DNA of 58,975 nt from a virus (IMGVR_UViG_3300044547_001686:1-58975); one strand, 5' to 3'. Counted from the first letter of the stretch, positions 17,121 through 26,688 are shown. Numbers and translations: made by a program. Notes: generated by a model not told the origin, from the sequence alone.

Positions 17121-17525
17121 TTAATTAGTTGGATAATGTATTGCTATATATTCTATAGCATCTTGCAGGTTGTCTGCAAGTTTTGTTGCCATATATTTCA
17201 TATAAACTCGTTCTTTGTATTGCGAGTTACATATGACCACTGATGGTTGACCGTGGATTTTAGCCCAAGCCAATTCAAAGTCGGTTCCAATATATGCGCG
17301 ATCTTGTAACATGTATTCTACCAGCAGAATGTCTGATTTCTTCTGCATAAAGATATTTTTTTGAGCAATTTCTTCCGGAGACATCAGATCATCTTCTGGG
17401 ATAGAAGTTGGATCTAGAACCTTGTAGCCACGTTGAGACAGCATGAAAGTTGCTTCTTGACGCCAACTAGTAGCGTACTCTCCGACATAATCTATTGCTC
17501 CGGATAAGAAAACGGTAACGCTCAT
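17121..17525 (-). CDS. nucleoside 2-deoxyribosyltransferase-like protein
   Basis: VFLSGAI, GY.VLDP, SDILLV and GTDFELAWA...G.P motifs. Confidence 0.75.
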   Translation of the reverse strand: MSVTVFLSGAIDYVGEYATSWRQEATFMLSQRGYKVLDPTSIPEDDLMSPEEIAQKNIFMQKKSDILLVEYMLQDRAYIGTDFELAWAKIHGQPSVVICNSQYKERVYMKYMATKLADNLQDAIEYIAIHYPTN

Positions 17526-17926
17526 ACTGGCCAAAGGTATTCTAGATCAGATGGCTCATTGAACCATTGTGAATAGTATTCATAATCTTTTCTCAAAAGG
17601 TTTGATCTGTGGGATTGATGAAAAGATTCTACCCCAAACCATGGTGGCATTACTACATCTTCTAAGTCAACTTCTTCAAGCTTCATTGTATTCTTGTAGC
17701 CTCTAGAGACCCACTCATTGATGGTGTAATTTTGGTATAGCTTTAATGCTTCTTCGTAACCAGTCCACATGCGAGTGACTGGATGATTTCTCCAGCCTTT
17801 CGTAGGCGTTCTGTCGAGTAGTATATTAAGAACTTGAAATGTTTCAACACGTTGTTTCCCTAACCGTCTGTAATCTAAAACTTTTACTGATAATTGCAAA
17901 TCTGCATATGGTAAAAATGTTTGCAT
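17522..17926 (-). CDS. MSMEG_6728 family / pyrimidine-dimer DNA glycosylase (DenV-like)
   Basis: MQTFLP, LD..RLGKQRVE, GW.NHP...MW.G, HQSHRSNLLRKD and Y.WP motifs. Confidence 0.88.
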   Translation of the reverse strand: MQTFLPYADLQLSVKVLDYRRLGKQRVETFQVLNILLDRTPTKGWRNHPVTRMWTGYEEALKLYQNYTINEWVSRGYKNTMKLEEVDLEDVVMPPWFGVESFHQSHRSNLLRKDYEYYSQWFNEPSDLEYLWPV

Positions 17927-17928
17927 TG

Positions 17929-18327
17929 TTATGCTTTCTTGAATTCCTGAAATGTCTTATCGCCTACGCCAAAGTATTCTCTGGCTAACCCTGCAGTAAC
18001 TATATCTGTGTTCAGACAAGCTCCTGCTTCGTTCCATACTCTAGCAAGTATTCTTCCATATTTCTCATTCTTATCGAGAATTGTTTCTATTTTAATCTTG
18101 TGACCGGCAGTAGTAATCCACTGATCGGTGAACTCTTTAGCAGCTAAGCCCATTTTCTTTTCTTCAAGATTAGTAGTGCGACTCTCAGGAGTATTGATTC
18201 CATATAGTCTTACTCTACCTTTTCTAAAGGTATCAAATCCTAAGTCAATAAGAATATCAAATGTATCTCCATCAACTATTTTTTTAACTTCTGCATTATA
18301 AATCCAGGGGTTTAATTTTTCTGTCAT
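17929..18327 (-). CDS. thermonuclease (SNase) family nuclease
   Basis: IVDGDTFD..IDLGF, RVRLYGINTPE and KYGRILA. Confidence 0.9.
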   Translation of the reverse strand: MTEKLNPWIYNAEVKKIVDGDTFDILIDLGFDTFRKGRVRLYGINTPESRTTNLEEKKMGLAAKEFTDQWITTAGHKIKIETILDKNEKYGRILARVWNEAGACLNTDIVTAGLAREYFGVGDKTFQEFKKA

Positions 18328-18328
18328 C

Positions 18329-19144
18329 TTAATCTCTTTCTATTCCTATATGGTCACATGCTTTTCTAAATATCTCTCTACTTATAGGGAAATAGGAGTC
18401 TGCATGACTTACTCCCTGGCCTGGCTTAGGCGTGCTAGCATGCCAGCTGTGCCCTATTGATACCGAACCATCGTATACTACATTGTACCCTAAGTGTCTA
18501 GCAAAATACGAACACCAAGTCTCCTCGTAGTAATGGGGAGTAGGTAAGAATGCTCCAATTGCATCTGGATAGATAGCTCTATAGTCGGGATGATTTGTCA
18601 TTGCATTCCAGACATCTCTTCTAACAAAATAAGCTGAACCAGAAACGGTTACACATTCTATGCGATCTCTATAGGCAGTGTCTTGTGGATCTGGCTCTCT
18701 CCAGGCTCTGTGCTTAGGCTCTGTGTTGGTTCCAATGATACCGGCATGAGTGATAAATCCCTGTTCGTCTCTTTGCTTAGGACCAAGGATATGAATATCT
18801 GGATTATCAATAAAGATCTGCTCTATTTTTTGGCAGTCTTGGCTAGTCATCCAAACATCTCCGTTTAATACTGCGATAATATCTCCAGATGTTTTGCTAG
18901 CCATGCTATTGATGGCAGCAGAGTATCCTATGTTTTTTCTTAGATATAGATTGTCAATTAAATAACGTTCTTCATTCTCTCTAATCCAAGGTATAAAATC
19001 ATCTGTTGATTCATTATCCGTTATGTATAAATTCCAGTTTTTTTCGAGCGCACCATTTGGATTAATTAAGTCTGAGTGCAAAGTATCCAAAAATCTTTGC
19101 AGCTCTTTTCTAGTGTTGTGGTTTACCACACATAGGTCAATCAT
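18329..19144 (-). CDS. glycosyltransferase family 2
   Basis: VVNHN, DNESTD, N.GYSAA.N, LNGD, VSGSA and YYEET motifs. Confidence 0.88.
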   Translation of the reverse strand: MIDLCVVNHNTRKELQRFLDTLHSDLINPNGALEKNWNLYITDNESTDDFIPWIRENEERYLIDNLYLRKNIGYSAAINSMASKTSGDIIAVLNGDVWMTSQDCQKIEQIFIDNPDIHILGPKQRDEQGFITHAGIIGTNTEPKHRAWREPDPQDTAYRDRIECVTVSGSAYFVRRDVWNAMTNHPDYRAIYPDAIGAFLPTPHYYEETWCSYFARHLGYNVVYDGSVSIGHSWHASTPKPGQGVSHADSYFPISREIFRKACDHIGIERD

Positions 19145-19425
19145 TAAAATATTTCTCCTGCTTCTAAGCATTCTTTTTGCACTGTATTAAATGCACTCTG
19201 TGGATAAAATCCATTTTCTATTAAGTCTAAAAATAAAGCTGTTGCTTCTTTTTCTTTGGTTAAATCAAATTCAGTTAATCTGTTTAAGTATTGTTCTAGG
19301 TTAATAGTTTCTTTATTTTCTTGATATAAAAAATTTTGTTTACTCATCTCTCCCAATAGGTAACCTAAGGATGCAAATCCTAAAACCATTAGAGCTAGTT
19401 TACCATTCTTGTTCATCGCTATCAT
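19144..19425 (-). CDS. small membrane-anchored protein
   Basis: N-terminal hydrophobic helix LALMVLGFASLGYLLG. Confidence 0.7.
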   Translation of the reverse strand: MIAMNKNGKLALMVLGFASLGYLLGEMSKQNFLYQENKETINLEQYLNRLTEFDLTKEKEATALFLDLIENGFYPQSAFNTVQKECLEAGEIF

Positions 19426-19648
19426 CGCTATCTCCTTGACCGGAATAATATGTTCTAGTAGTCCAGTCTAGAATTTGACTAACTATATCTGAATAAGCTT
19501 CTTTTTCTTTGGGGTCTTTAGCTTCTTTAGTCATAGTAGAATACGTGTCCATTATATCAGTTAACACTTGTAGATCAGCTACAAAAATTGCTTCACCTGG
19601 ATTTACTTTAAGTATTACTTTTTTCTTTTGTGACTTTTTCTTAGTCAT
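19400..19648 (-). CDS. hypothetical protein
   Basis: 82-aa ORF overlapping neighbours. Confidence 0.7.
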   Translation of the reverse strand: MTKKKSQKKKVILKVNPGEAIFVADLQVLTDIMDTYSTMTKEAKDPKEKEAYSDIVSQILDWTTRTYYSGQGDSDDSDEQEW

Positions 19649-19877
19649 TTTTAACTTTCTTTTCTTTTAGTTCTGCGTTTAAGATTTCGTTTTCCGGTAT
19701 TTCATATACAGAAAGATTATTAGTATCTGGTTCAAATGTCGTAAACAGAATACGCTTATCTGCTATTGCAAAACCTTCCGGAGGAGGTGACTCCAAGGCT
19801 ATCTTCTTAGATGAGCAGCCATATACCTGGCTGTGTCCTTTATACAGGACTATGTAGTTTACTTTAGATGCTGCCAT
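19641..19877 (-). CDS. hypothetical protein
   Basis: 78-aa ORF in operon. Confidence 0.7.
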   Translation of the reverse strand: MAASKVNYIVLYKGHSQVYGCSSKKIALESPPPEGFAIADKRILFTTFEPDTNNLSVYEIPENEILNAELKEKKVKND

Positions 19878-19899
19878 TATATTTGTATCAACTTATTAA

Positions 19900-20526
19900 T
19901 TATTCAATGTCGTAGTGGTATCTATTATCATCAGATGTTTTCCACTTGTTTGCATCTTCTACATCCCATTTTCTAGTATTGACAAATCTCTCAATCAAAG
20001 TTCCTGTCTTAGTTGTGAAAGAAGGATCAAACAATCTAACTCTATTGTTTGGTTGTATAGCGTAGTTTCCATCATCTCTAAGCATGACGTGACCACACTT
20101 GTGCTGACCGGGATTAGTGCTGAACCCAAGATTTATAGTGTTGTCATCTGGAGCATGCCAGTCAAGCGTGAATAGATATTTTGCGTTTACAAACTCCCCA
20201 GAACGAGCAACATAAGTCATTCTCATGTTTCTCATTGCTTGAAATTCAGTAACAGCTATATGAGGACTAAAGGAGTTCCATAGAACAAGTTCATGAATAT
20301 CAACTTCAGGAACACCTGGTCTTTCGCAGAAAGCATTGATTGGCATTCTCCACCAAACTCCCCCATCCTCCATTAGAAAATGGAACAAAGGACTTCTTCC
20401 TTGAATACTTGTTACTCCAAAGATCATGCAAGGGAAATACTTGTCATGCGAGTCTAGTTGATCTCTTAAGAAATTACCTCTAACATAGCATTCAATCATG
20501 GGAACATTAGCATTTAGTTCTGGCAT
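19900..20526 (-). CDS. hypothetical phage protein
   Basis: 208 aa; Y.FT.DW...HKCGH...G...QPNNR motif recurrent in aquatic phages; function unknown. Confidence 0.8.
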   Translation of the reverse strand: MPELNANVPMIECYVRGNFLRDQLDSHDKYFPCMIFGVTSIQGRSPLFHFLMEDGGVWWRMPINAFCERPGVPEVDIHELVLWNSFSPHIAVTEFQAMRNMRMTYVARSGEFVNAKYLFTLDWHAPDDNTINLGFSTNPGQHKCGHVMLRDDGNYAIQPNNRVRLFDPSFTTKTGTLIERFVNTRKWDVEDANKWKTSDDNRYHYDIE

Positions 20527-20554
20527 TTTGTGTATGAAACTTTCTTGTTACTTC

Positions 20555-20716
20555 TTATAGATAATGGACTACTACACCCAGCGCAATGCCGGATATGATA
20601 GATAGGATAATGGATCTAATCTTTATTTTTTTACTATCGCTGACTTGCATTAGTATAGACAAGCTTATCGTCCAATTCAGTAATACAGCGAATAAGATTA
20701 GGTTAACTATAAACAC
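20555..20716 (-). CDS. 53-aa two-helix membrane protein
   Basis: Manual translation from GTG: FIVNLILFAVLLNWTISLSILMQ...SIILSIISGIALGVVVHYL. Confidence 0.6.
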   Translation of the reverse strand: MFIVNLILFAVLLNWTISLSILMQVSDSKKIKIRSIILSIISGIALGVVVHYL

Positions 20717-21431
20717 GGCTACCAACTAATGCATTTATGCAGACGGGGTATAGGTCTCTTACTAGCTCGGCAATTGCTTGAGCATAAACTCTAATCTCTT
20801 CCTGAGACTGTTCCTCTAATCTTTGAGCCAAGAATAAGCCAACTGACTGAAGACTGCAAGACCACCTATAAACTACATGCATTGAGTAAGCGGGCAGAAA
20901 TAATCTAGCTTGCTCTGGAGCTATTCCATTCTCCAAAGCTAAGTTATAGAAAGCTTCACCTTGTTCAATACATCTATTCAGTTGTTCTGTTAGAATTGCT
21001 CCCGAGAACGGATCACACAAACCTGCAGAACCCTGCTTCTTATCTTCTGGAGCTAATCTCCATTGATCACTGTTAGGAACATAGAATTCTGGTTCCATAG
21101 TTATGTATCTACGAGAAGATTCATTCCATGAGTCCATAGTATGATCTGATCCGACTACGTACTTCCAGTGCTGTCTTGCAACCATTAAAGGAGCCTTGAA
21201 TTCAAAGGTCATAAAGGCGTGTCTAAATGGTGACATGTGATTTTCTCTAGCTAAGAAATCAATTAATCTAGCATCACTGGTGCTAAACTCCTTACTTTCT
21301 TTGGCAAAAGATGCTCTAGCTGCATTTACAACAGACAGATCGCTACCCATGTGATCGACTAATCTCACATAGCCATTGCCTAGTACTTCTATCAAATTAT
21401 TTTCTTTATTCATCATCTTCTTCTTCGTCAT
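20703..21431 (-). CDS. thyX: flavin-dependent thymidylate synthase
   Basis: VNAARAS, H.SPF, ARQ, SWNESSRRY, EQARLFLP and QEEIR motifs. Confidence 0.93.
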   Translation of the reverse strand: MTKKKMMNKENNLIEVLGNGYVRLVDHMGSDLSVVNAARASFAKESKEFSTSDARLIDFLARENHMSPFRHAFMTFEFKAPLMVARQHWKYVVGSDHTMDSWNESSRRYITMEPEFYVPNSDQWRLAPEDKKQGSAGLCDPFSGAILTEQLNRCIEQGEAFYNLALENGIAPEQARLFLPAYSMHVVYRWSCSLQSVGLFLAQRLEEQSQEEIRVYAQAIAELVRDLYPVCINALVGSRVYS

Positions 21432-21756
21432 TAAACTGTGAGTCTTCTATCATTATTTCTATAATATGATCGTCTAAATCCTCAGACAATTTATACATAT
21501 TACCAAGTATATCTTTCAATGTACTATCTATATCATAATCGTCAAAAGATATATAATTTAATAATAGTTCATTAATATGGACTAGGCTTTGAGACAATGA
21601 TTGAGATATAAAAACTAGCTCTTTCATCATGCTTTCAAGACTTACTTGTTCTATGCTTATTATAGCGTCTATTCTAGGTAAATCTACACCAATGTCATCT
21701 GAAGACATCATATCTTCAAACATTTTATCTATATCATCATCTTCAAATTCTGACAT
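21406..21756 (-). CDS. highly acidic protein
   Basis: About 35 D/E versus 5 K/R in 116 aa. Confidence 0.75.
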   Translation of the reverse strand: MSEFEDDDIDKMFEDMMSSDDIGVDLPRIDAIISIEQVSLESMMKELVFISQSLSQSLVHINELLLNYISFDDYDIDSTLKDILGNMYKLSEDLDDHIIEIMIEDSQFNDEEEDDE

Positions 21757-21763
21757 AAGTATC

Positions 21764-23866
21764 CTATTTAATATTATCTTTAATTAACTTTATCTCACAG
21801 CTGTCTGTAGTGCAATAGCTTTCCCCAATGGCATCAGCTGCCATGCCTGCATACACTCCAGAGAAATCTATTGGGAACAACTTATTCTCTCCCTCTTCAC
21901 GATACTCTTCTTCTGTAATTTGAGTATATGGCATCTGGGGGTAAGTAAAGTTTCCTGATGGAAGAAATGATACAGTTTTTAACTGTCCATCATACATATG
22001 CAGTACAGTTCCAACATGTTGAGATTCTGTTTCTGGATCAAAAGAAATAGTTACTGAAACTGAGTTATCAGACCAGTATCTTTGTGCGACCGCAGCTAAA
22101 GACATCTTCTCAAAGATAGTTACATCACGCTCAGCACGTCTTGCATCAGACTTAATTGGGAAATAAACAACAGAAGTTGTATCTGGGGATTCAGCTGCTG
22201 GTTCAACCTTATAGTTAGCCATTGCAAACAAAGGAAGCATAGGGTCATCATTTGAAAATCTAATTGTTCTATTGAAGTACTTGCCACCTGGAGTCCAATG
22301 AACGCCAGGTGATTCTCCAGCCAAGATTGAAACAGTTCCAGAAGGCTTTACTGTCGTCATCTTGATCGACTCACGAACTCCAAGCCATTCAGAATAGATA
22401 TTGTCATATCTTTGAACTGTCTTATAGCCTTGATCCATCCAGTCTCTTAGAACTGGCATACCGTTTGCGTCAGCAAAGTCTGCAACACCGGACATTGAAG
22501 CACCAATACGACGGTTGCGTTGCATGATTGCATTTGTCTCTTCCCAGTGAGTTGGGAGGAGAGTTACGGTCTTAGCGTACAAGTAAGCAAACTTTAGCGT
22601 ACGCTTAAAGTCTTCTAGAGATTCATGTCTACCTAAATATGTTTCTACTAAAGTACAGCACTCATAGGACTCTAGGGACTGTTCCGCACATGGATTAAAT
22701 CCAGCAATTCTGTGGTCCTTGTTGTTGATCGGATCTGCTAAACGGCCATACTTGCGGGCCATGTCCATCCAAATTACTCCGGGTTCACCATTTCTGGCAA
22801 TGCCGTCAACTATAGCAGAAAGGTCTTGCCCAACTGAAACCTCTACCGAGTTATTGGACATCCATCCCCAACCTGGGTTTTCGGAATCATAAGAGTTTCT
22901 TTCAGGGAATACTTCAGCATTTTTTAGGTTAAGAAAATCTTCATCATCGATTCTTCCTATTAAAAGTTCAGCTGAACGTCTAACGTTGCCCGACACTACA
23001 CATACCCCAATAAGGTTACCTATGTCTGCAATATCTCTACGAGATAGTTTTTCCCCACTACGCCCATTGAATATTTTTCTAATGGCGTTGTGCAGTTTGA
23101 TCAAAGGAGCTGGTCCTGAAGCGGTACCACCAAACGTTTGAATTGGGCTACCTAATGGTCTGATTAAAGAGTAGTCAAATTCAATTGTATTTTGCTCTGG
23201 CTTAAGATAGGAATTGATTAGATCTCCAGTAGCTCTTGCCCAGCTCTCTCTATCGTCAGCGATAACGTCTGTTGTCACCTTATCTACTGGCTTATGTATA
23301 GTGAAATCTTTATCCGCACCTTTGTCATCAAAGCCAACTCCAACCCCAAGCATTGAAGCTTCCATCAAAAACATAAATGGTTTAGAAGGATTATTTTTAG
23401 ACATCTCTGCCGTGCTGACAAACGCACAGTTCTGCAGAGCTGCTGAGTTCTTGTGAACGTTAACAATCTTGGTCCCCATCATCCATAGCCCACGCCCAGG
23501 TGGTGTCCACTTTAGATTGAACAAACGATCGAACGCATCTTTTGCACTAGCTTGAGCCTTTACGTCATTCCAGGGAAGACGGCTTGATTTACAATGATCT
23601 TTTTGTAGTGAGTACATTCCATTAATAACGCGTTCACAAACATCTACCCAAGTTTCTTTTGTACCGTCTTCTTTTAGTCTTGAGTAAGTGCGAAGAAACG
23701 TTATTTCTCCTACGGAGTTTCCAGCAGCATCTCTGTATCCAAATGGTGCTTTTTTAGTTCTGTATGACTCTAGGAAATCATCACTAATTCTAAAGGAGAA
23801 AAGTAAAGATGACTTACCACCTAGTGGTTGAGCTGTTGGTTCTTGTATTGTGATTTCATTTGACAT
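21764..23866 (-). CDS. nrdJ: adenosylcobalamin-dependent (class II, monomeric RTPR-type) ribonucleotide reductase
   Basis: RTYSR, PPGRGLW, LQNC, VRRSA, NPCAEQ, TTVKPSGT and C-terminal CTTDSC. Confidence 0.95.
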   Translation of the reverse strand: MSNEITIQEPTAQPLGGKSSLLFSFRISDDFLESYRTKKAPFGYRDAAGNSVGEITFLRTYSRLKEDGTKETWVDVCERVINGMYSLQKDHCKSSRLPWNDVKAQASAKDAFDRLFNLKWTPPGRGLWMMGTKIVNVHKNSAALQNCAFVSTAEMSKNNPSKPFMFLMEASMLGVGVGFDDKGADKDFTIHKPVDKVTTDVIADDRESWARATGDLINSYLKPEQNTIEFDYSLIRPLGSPIQTFGGTASGPAPLIKLHNAIRKIFNGRSGEKLSRRDIADIGNLIGVCVVSGNVRRSAELLIGRIDDEDFLNLKNAEVFPERNSYDSENPGWGWMSNNSVEVSVGQDLSAIVDGIARNGEPGVIWMDMARKYGRLADPINNKDHRIAGFNPCAEQSLESYECCTLVETYLGRHESLEDFKRTLKFAYLYAKTVTLLPTHWEETNAIMQRNRRIGASMSGVADFADANGMPVLRDWMDQGYKTVQRYDNIYSEWLGVRESIKMTTVKPSGTVSILAGESPGVHWTPGGKYFNRTIRFSNDDPMLPLFAMANYKVEPAAESPDTTSVVYFPIKSDARRAERDVTIFEKMSLAAVAQRYWSDNSVSVTISFDPETESQHVGTVLHMYDGQLKTVSFLPSGNFTYPQMPYTQITEEEYREEGENKLFPIDFSGVYAGMAADAIGESYCTTDSCEIKLIKDNIK

Positions 23867-23876
23867 TGGGTTTCTC

Positions 23877-24584
23877 CTATTTTTTTACTAATGCTTTAAT
23901 GTGTTTTGGATCAATCTTACTGAGTTCAGTTTGTTTGATTTTTGTTATTTGTTCCATGTTATATATCTTGTAGATTTCTTTCTCTATAAAGTATCCACTT
24001 CTCCAATTAACGATCTTGTCTATGTTCTTTTGGTGCTTGCTAAACAAGTTGCATATTGTAGCTCCACCGTATATCTTTACTAAATTTTGGAACTTTTTAA
24101 CTAGCTCATCTTTATTACCAGGATTAATGACATCATTTTGTTCTGCCTTAGAGTATATCCAATTGAACGCTTGTCTGGTCAACGGTATGTAGTCTACCGA
24201 GTCTATGACTCCTAGGTGTAGAATTTGTTTTCTATTTTTTTGAATCTCTATATCTGCCTTAACCACATTCTTATATAGGTCAAGCCAATCTCTTTCATTG
24301 AACTGAGCCCAAGTTGCACACCAAAATAGTAAGTTCTGTGGAGGGCTAGTTAATGATGTCTTGTCATAGGCTGGTAGTAAAGTAGTGCATGCAATAACTT
24401 TTTTTATTTGAGCCTTAGCAGCGTCTGCGTCAGGGCTTTTGGCACTAACGTTGGACCATAATTGCCCAAGGTGTGGCTTCCAATCAATGTCTGCAACGTA
24501 GATTCTCAAATACATATCAGCTACTTCCGTAGGTAGGATGTCATCTCTAACTACCTTTTCGAGATCTTCAATTGACACTGACAC
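23877..24584 (-). CDS. hypothetical protein
   Basis: 235-aa ORF, first gene after the promoter at 24688. Confidence 0.75.
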   Translation of the reverse strand: MSVSIEDLEKVVRDDILPTEVADMYLRIYVADIDWKPHLGQLWSNVSAKSPDADAAKAQIKKVIACTTLLPAYDKTSLTSPPQNLLFWCATWAQFNERDWLDLYKNVVKADIEIQKNRKQILHLGVIDSVDYIPLTRQAFNWIYSKAEQNDVINPGNKDELVKKFQNLVKIYGGATICNLFSKHQKNIDKIVNWRSGYFIEKEIYKIYNMEQITKIKQTELSKIDPKHIKALVKK

Positions 24585-24627
24585 TTATATTCCTATCCAA
24601 AGATATCGAAACCTATAAAACTGCTTG

Positions 24628-24680
24628 GAAAATAGAAAATCCCGCTCTATACAGAGCGGGAAATCCTACAACATTTCCGC
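24628..24680 (-). promoter_or_regulatory. 5' leader with terminator hairpin and competing anti-terminator
   Basis: UCCCGCUCU-GUAU-AGAGCGGGA-UUUUCUAUUUU; 5' GCGGAAAU can pair with AUUUCC(C)GC. Confidence 0.55.
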
Positions 24681-24687
24681 TTCAAAC

Positions 24688-24696
24688 ATTATAGCA
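24688..24696 (-). promoter_or_regulatory. extended -10 promoter TGCTATAAT
   Basis: Perfect TGn-TATAAT in the intergenic gap. Confidence 0.65.
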
Positions 24697-24750
24697 GTAC
24701 TCCTGCCAATAATCTCAGTTACGGTTATTGTAATTTATGTTTGTAGTATT

Positions 24751-25377
24751 CTACAAAGCTTTTGCAGAAGGGATGCCCTTCCACTCCTGAACTTTTTGTC
24801 TTCCATAGTCACTAGCTGTATTAGCTTGACCAAAAGTTGATGGGAAAACCTTAGCACTTGCTACGCCATGCTCTTCTTCTGGTCTAAAGTAACCATAGGA
24901 AGCTGGAGCACCTTGTGCATCTGTTCTTGCAGCGTGACCGGTATTAGCAAAAGCTACTGCTGACGCAACACCCTTGAAAGTGTACTGACGAAGCTTGTAT
25001 TCGTTTTCTCTTTCAACGTGACCAAAAGAAGTTGGAAATGCCTTGGCTCCAACAAGACCCTTGAATTCCATTGGGCGGAATCTAGCACCATCATATGTAG
25101 CAGTGCCATCTGGGAAAGTTCCAGATAAAGGGTGAATATATAAAGTTGATCCAGTAAAAATCTGCGATAAGAATAGATTGCCAGCGCTGTCGTTTGACCC
25201 AGGAACATGGTGATTATCCGGTGCCCCATCTAACACATGGGATGTACTATACAGTGGGTAGTATGAATAGGTGCCAGTACCCTTGGCCTTACCTGTCATT
25301 GTCGTATATGGATTAACCATACCAGCGGTTGTTTGACCTTTGAGAACTGGTCTAGGTCCTACATAAAAAGTGGCCAT
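24751..25377 (-). CDS. probable virion protein with four internal repeats
   Basis: TAAGGAG RBS; Gly/Ala/Thr-rich; repeated (F/W)KG(V/L/I)xxAxAF. Confidence 0.75.
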   Translation of the reverse strand: MATFYVGPRPVLKGQTTAGMVNPYTTMTGKAKGTGTYSYYPLYSTSHVLDGAPDNHHVPGSNDSAGNLFLSQIFTGSTLYIHPLSGTFPDGTATYDGARFRPMEFKGLVGAKAFPTSFGHVERENEYKLRQYTFKGVASAVAFANTGHAARTDAQGAPASYGYFRPEEEHGVASAKVFPSTFGQANTASDYGRQKVQEWKGIPSAKAL

Positions 25378-25409
25378 TTTAATCTCCTTAAATAAGCTCT
25401 TAGAACTAT

Positions 25410-25417
25410 ATAGTAAT
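25410..25417 (-). promoter_or_regulatory. putative -10/late promoter ATTACTAT
   Basis: Same 8-mer as 885-892, intergenic. Confidence 0.5.
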
Positions 25418-25434
25418 TGGTCTAATGGATATTT

Positions 25435-26688
25435 TTAGTTATAATTTATTATTAAATCAGATAGCACTGGGGCGGTGCCATCTGGGAGTTGATTTAAGGT
25501 AACTTCTATCCATACGGTATTGGAAGATCCAGGATTTTCCTCAGAGTATACCGACCCATCATTATATATTACCCTATATTCAAAGACATCAGAAAGCAAA
25601 GATTCTGATACGTTAAATATCTTAGGGGTAACTGAGGTTATTGAGTTAATTAAAGTCCCTTGAGGGGCATCAAATTTAAATATAATTCTTCCGGTAGGCA
25701 GGAACTTATCATATCTTATGTCCATGTCAGATAGACCATAAGTATAAATATACTTTCCGTTTTCAATAAAGTAATTTTTTTGGCGCATAATAAATCTTAT
25801 GGCTGTTATATCTAGCTCGGCAAAGTAGAATGCTATAGGACCAGAATTTAAAATAGCATCTGATCCTATGGTGCTCCAGCCACCAGGTGGAACCTTGCCT
25901 ATGGCCTCTGAATCGCCGTCATAGACCCTATCTCTGTTCAAGGGTATCCAGGTGTCAGTCTCGCTTAAAGTTGGATCCTGGGCCGTTGTGTACTCTATGG
26001 AAAGAATATCTACTCCAAATGTAGGGAATGGATTTAATTTAAAAAAGTTACATTTCTTAGAGCCACTATATTCAGAAGGGATTTTAACATAAACATATGT
26101 CTGAGCTCCATAAGGCGATACAGCATCTGTGATCACACTTCTTTTCCAGAACTTGTCTGATCTATCTAAAATAGAGTTATAGATATTATTACTGTCCAAG
26201 GTACAGCCAGGGACATCAACGCCAGGTAGTGAGTTGGATATTCTAGTTTCGAAAAAATCAGGAATTACTTGACCATCAGTAGGAGTGAAAAACTTAACCT
26301 TGGAATGAGATGACCCATCTATCTTTGGTAGGGTGACAATATTATATGCTGGATCGTAGGTGAGTAGTTCATCAGCTTGAATAGTTAACTCACCCTCCGG
26401 TGTAGCAGTAACATCTATTTGAGACAGGGAGTGAATAGAGATTAGACTCTCATTAGATTCAAGGGCCTGTATTCTATCATCCATATCTTTTATATATTGA
26501 TTAATAAACACGTGATCTTTTAGTACTCTTTCAAATGCTTCAGAAAGCTTCTGGTCAAATATATTATATTTATTATAAAGGTATACTAAGTCTTTGTAGT
26601 TTTCTTCTATTCTTGCATTGTGATCATCACTATTGAGTGGACCATTGTATTGTTTTGTTCTTTTTTTAGTATAAATAAATTCTGACAT
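25435..26688 (-). CDS. virion structural (baseplate/tail) protein
   Basis: Structural cluster; N-terminal GP..S...N...DL helix; beta-rich; C-terminal APVLSDL. Confidence 0.7.
   Translation of the reverse strand: MSEFIYTKKRTKQYNGPLNSDDHNARIEENYKDLVYLYNKYNIFDQKLSEAFERVLKDHVFINQYIKDMDDRIQALESNESLISIHSLSQIDVTATPEGELTIQADELLTYDPAYNIVTLPKIDGSSHSKVKFFTPTDGQVIPDFFETRISNSLPGVDVPGCTLDSNNIYNSILDRSDKFWKRSVITDAVSPYGAQTYVYVKIPSEYSGSKKCNFFKLNPFPTFGVDILSIEYTTAQDPTLSETDTWIPLNRDRVYDGDSEAIGKVPPGGWSTIGSDAILNSGPIAFYFAELDITAIRFIMRQKNYFIENGKYIYTYGLSDMDIRYDKFLPTGRIIFKFDAPQGTLINSITSVTPKIFNVSESLLSDVFEYRVIYNDGSVYSEENPGSSNTVWIEVTLNQLPDGTAPVLSDLIINYN

Noticed and set aside
7034-23866. Inteins or introns in dnaE, dnaB or nrdJ
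   Set aside because: Lengths are ordinary and motifs contiguous; no splice-junction signatures seen
24590-24750. tRNA, cobalamin riboswitch or NrdR box upstream of nrdJ
   Set aside because: No cloverleaf, B12-box or NrdR consensus recognisable; the leader is too short for a cobalamin riboswitch
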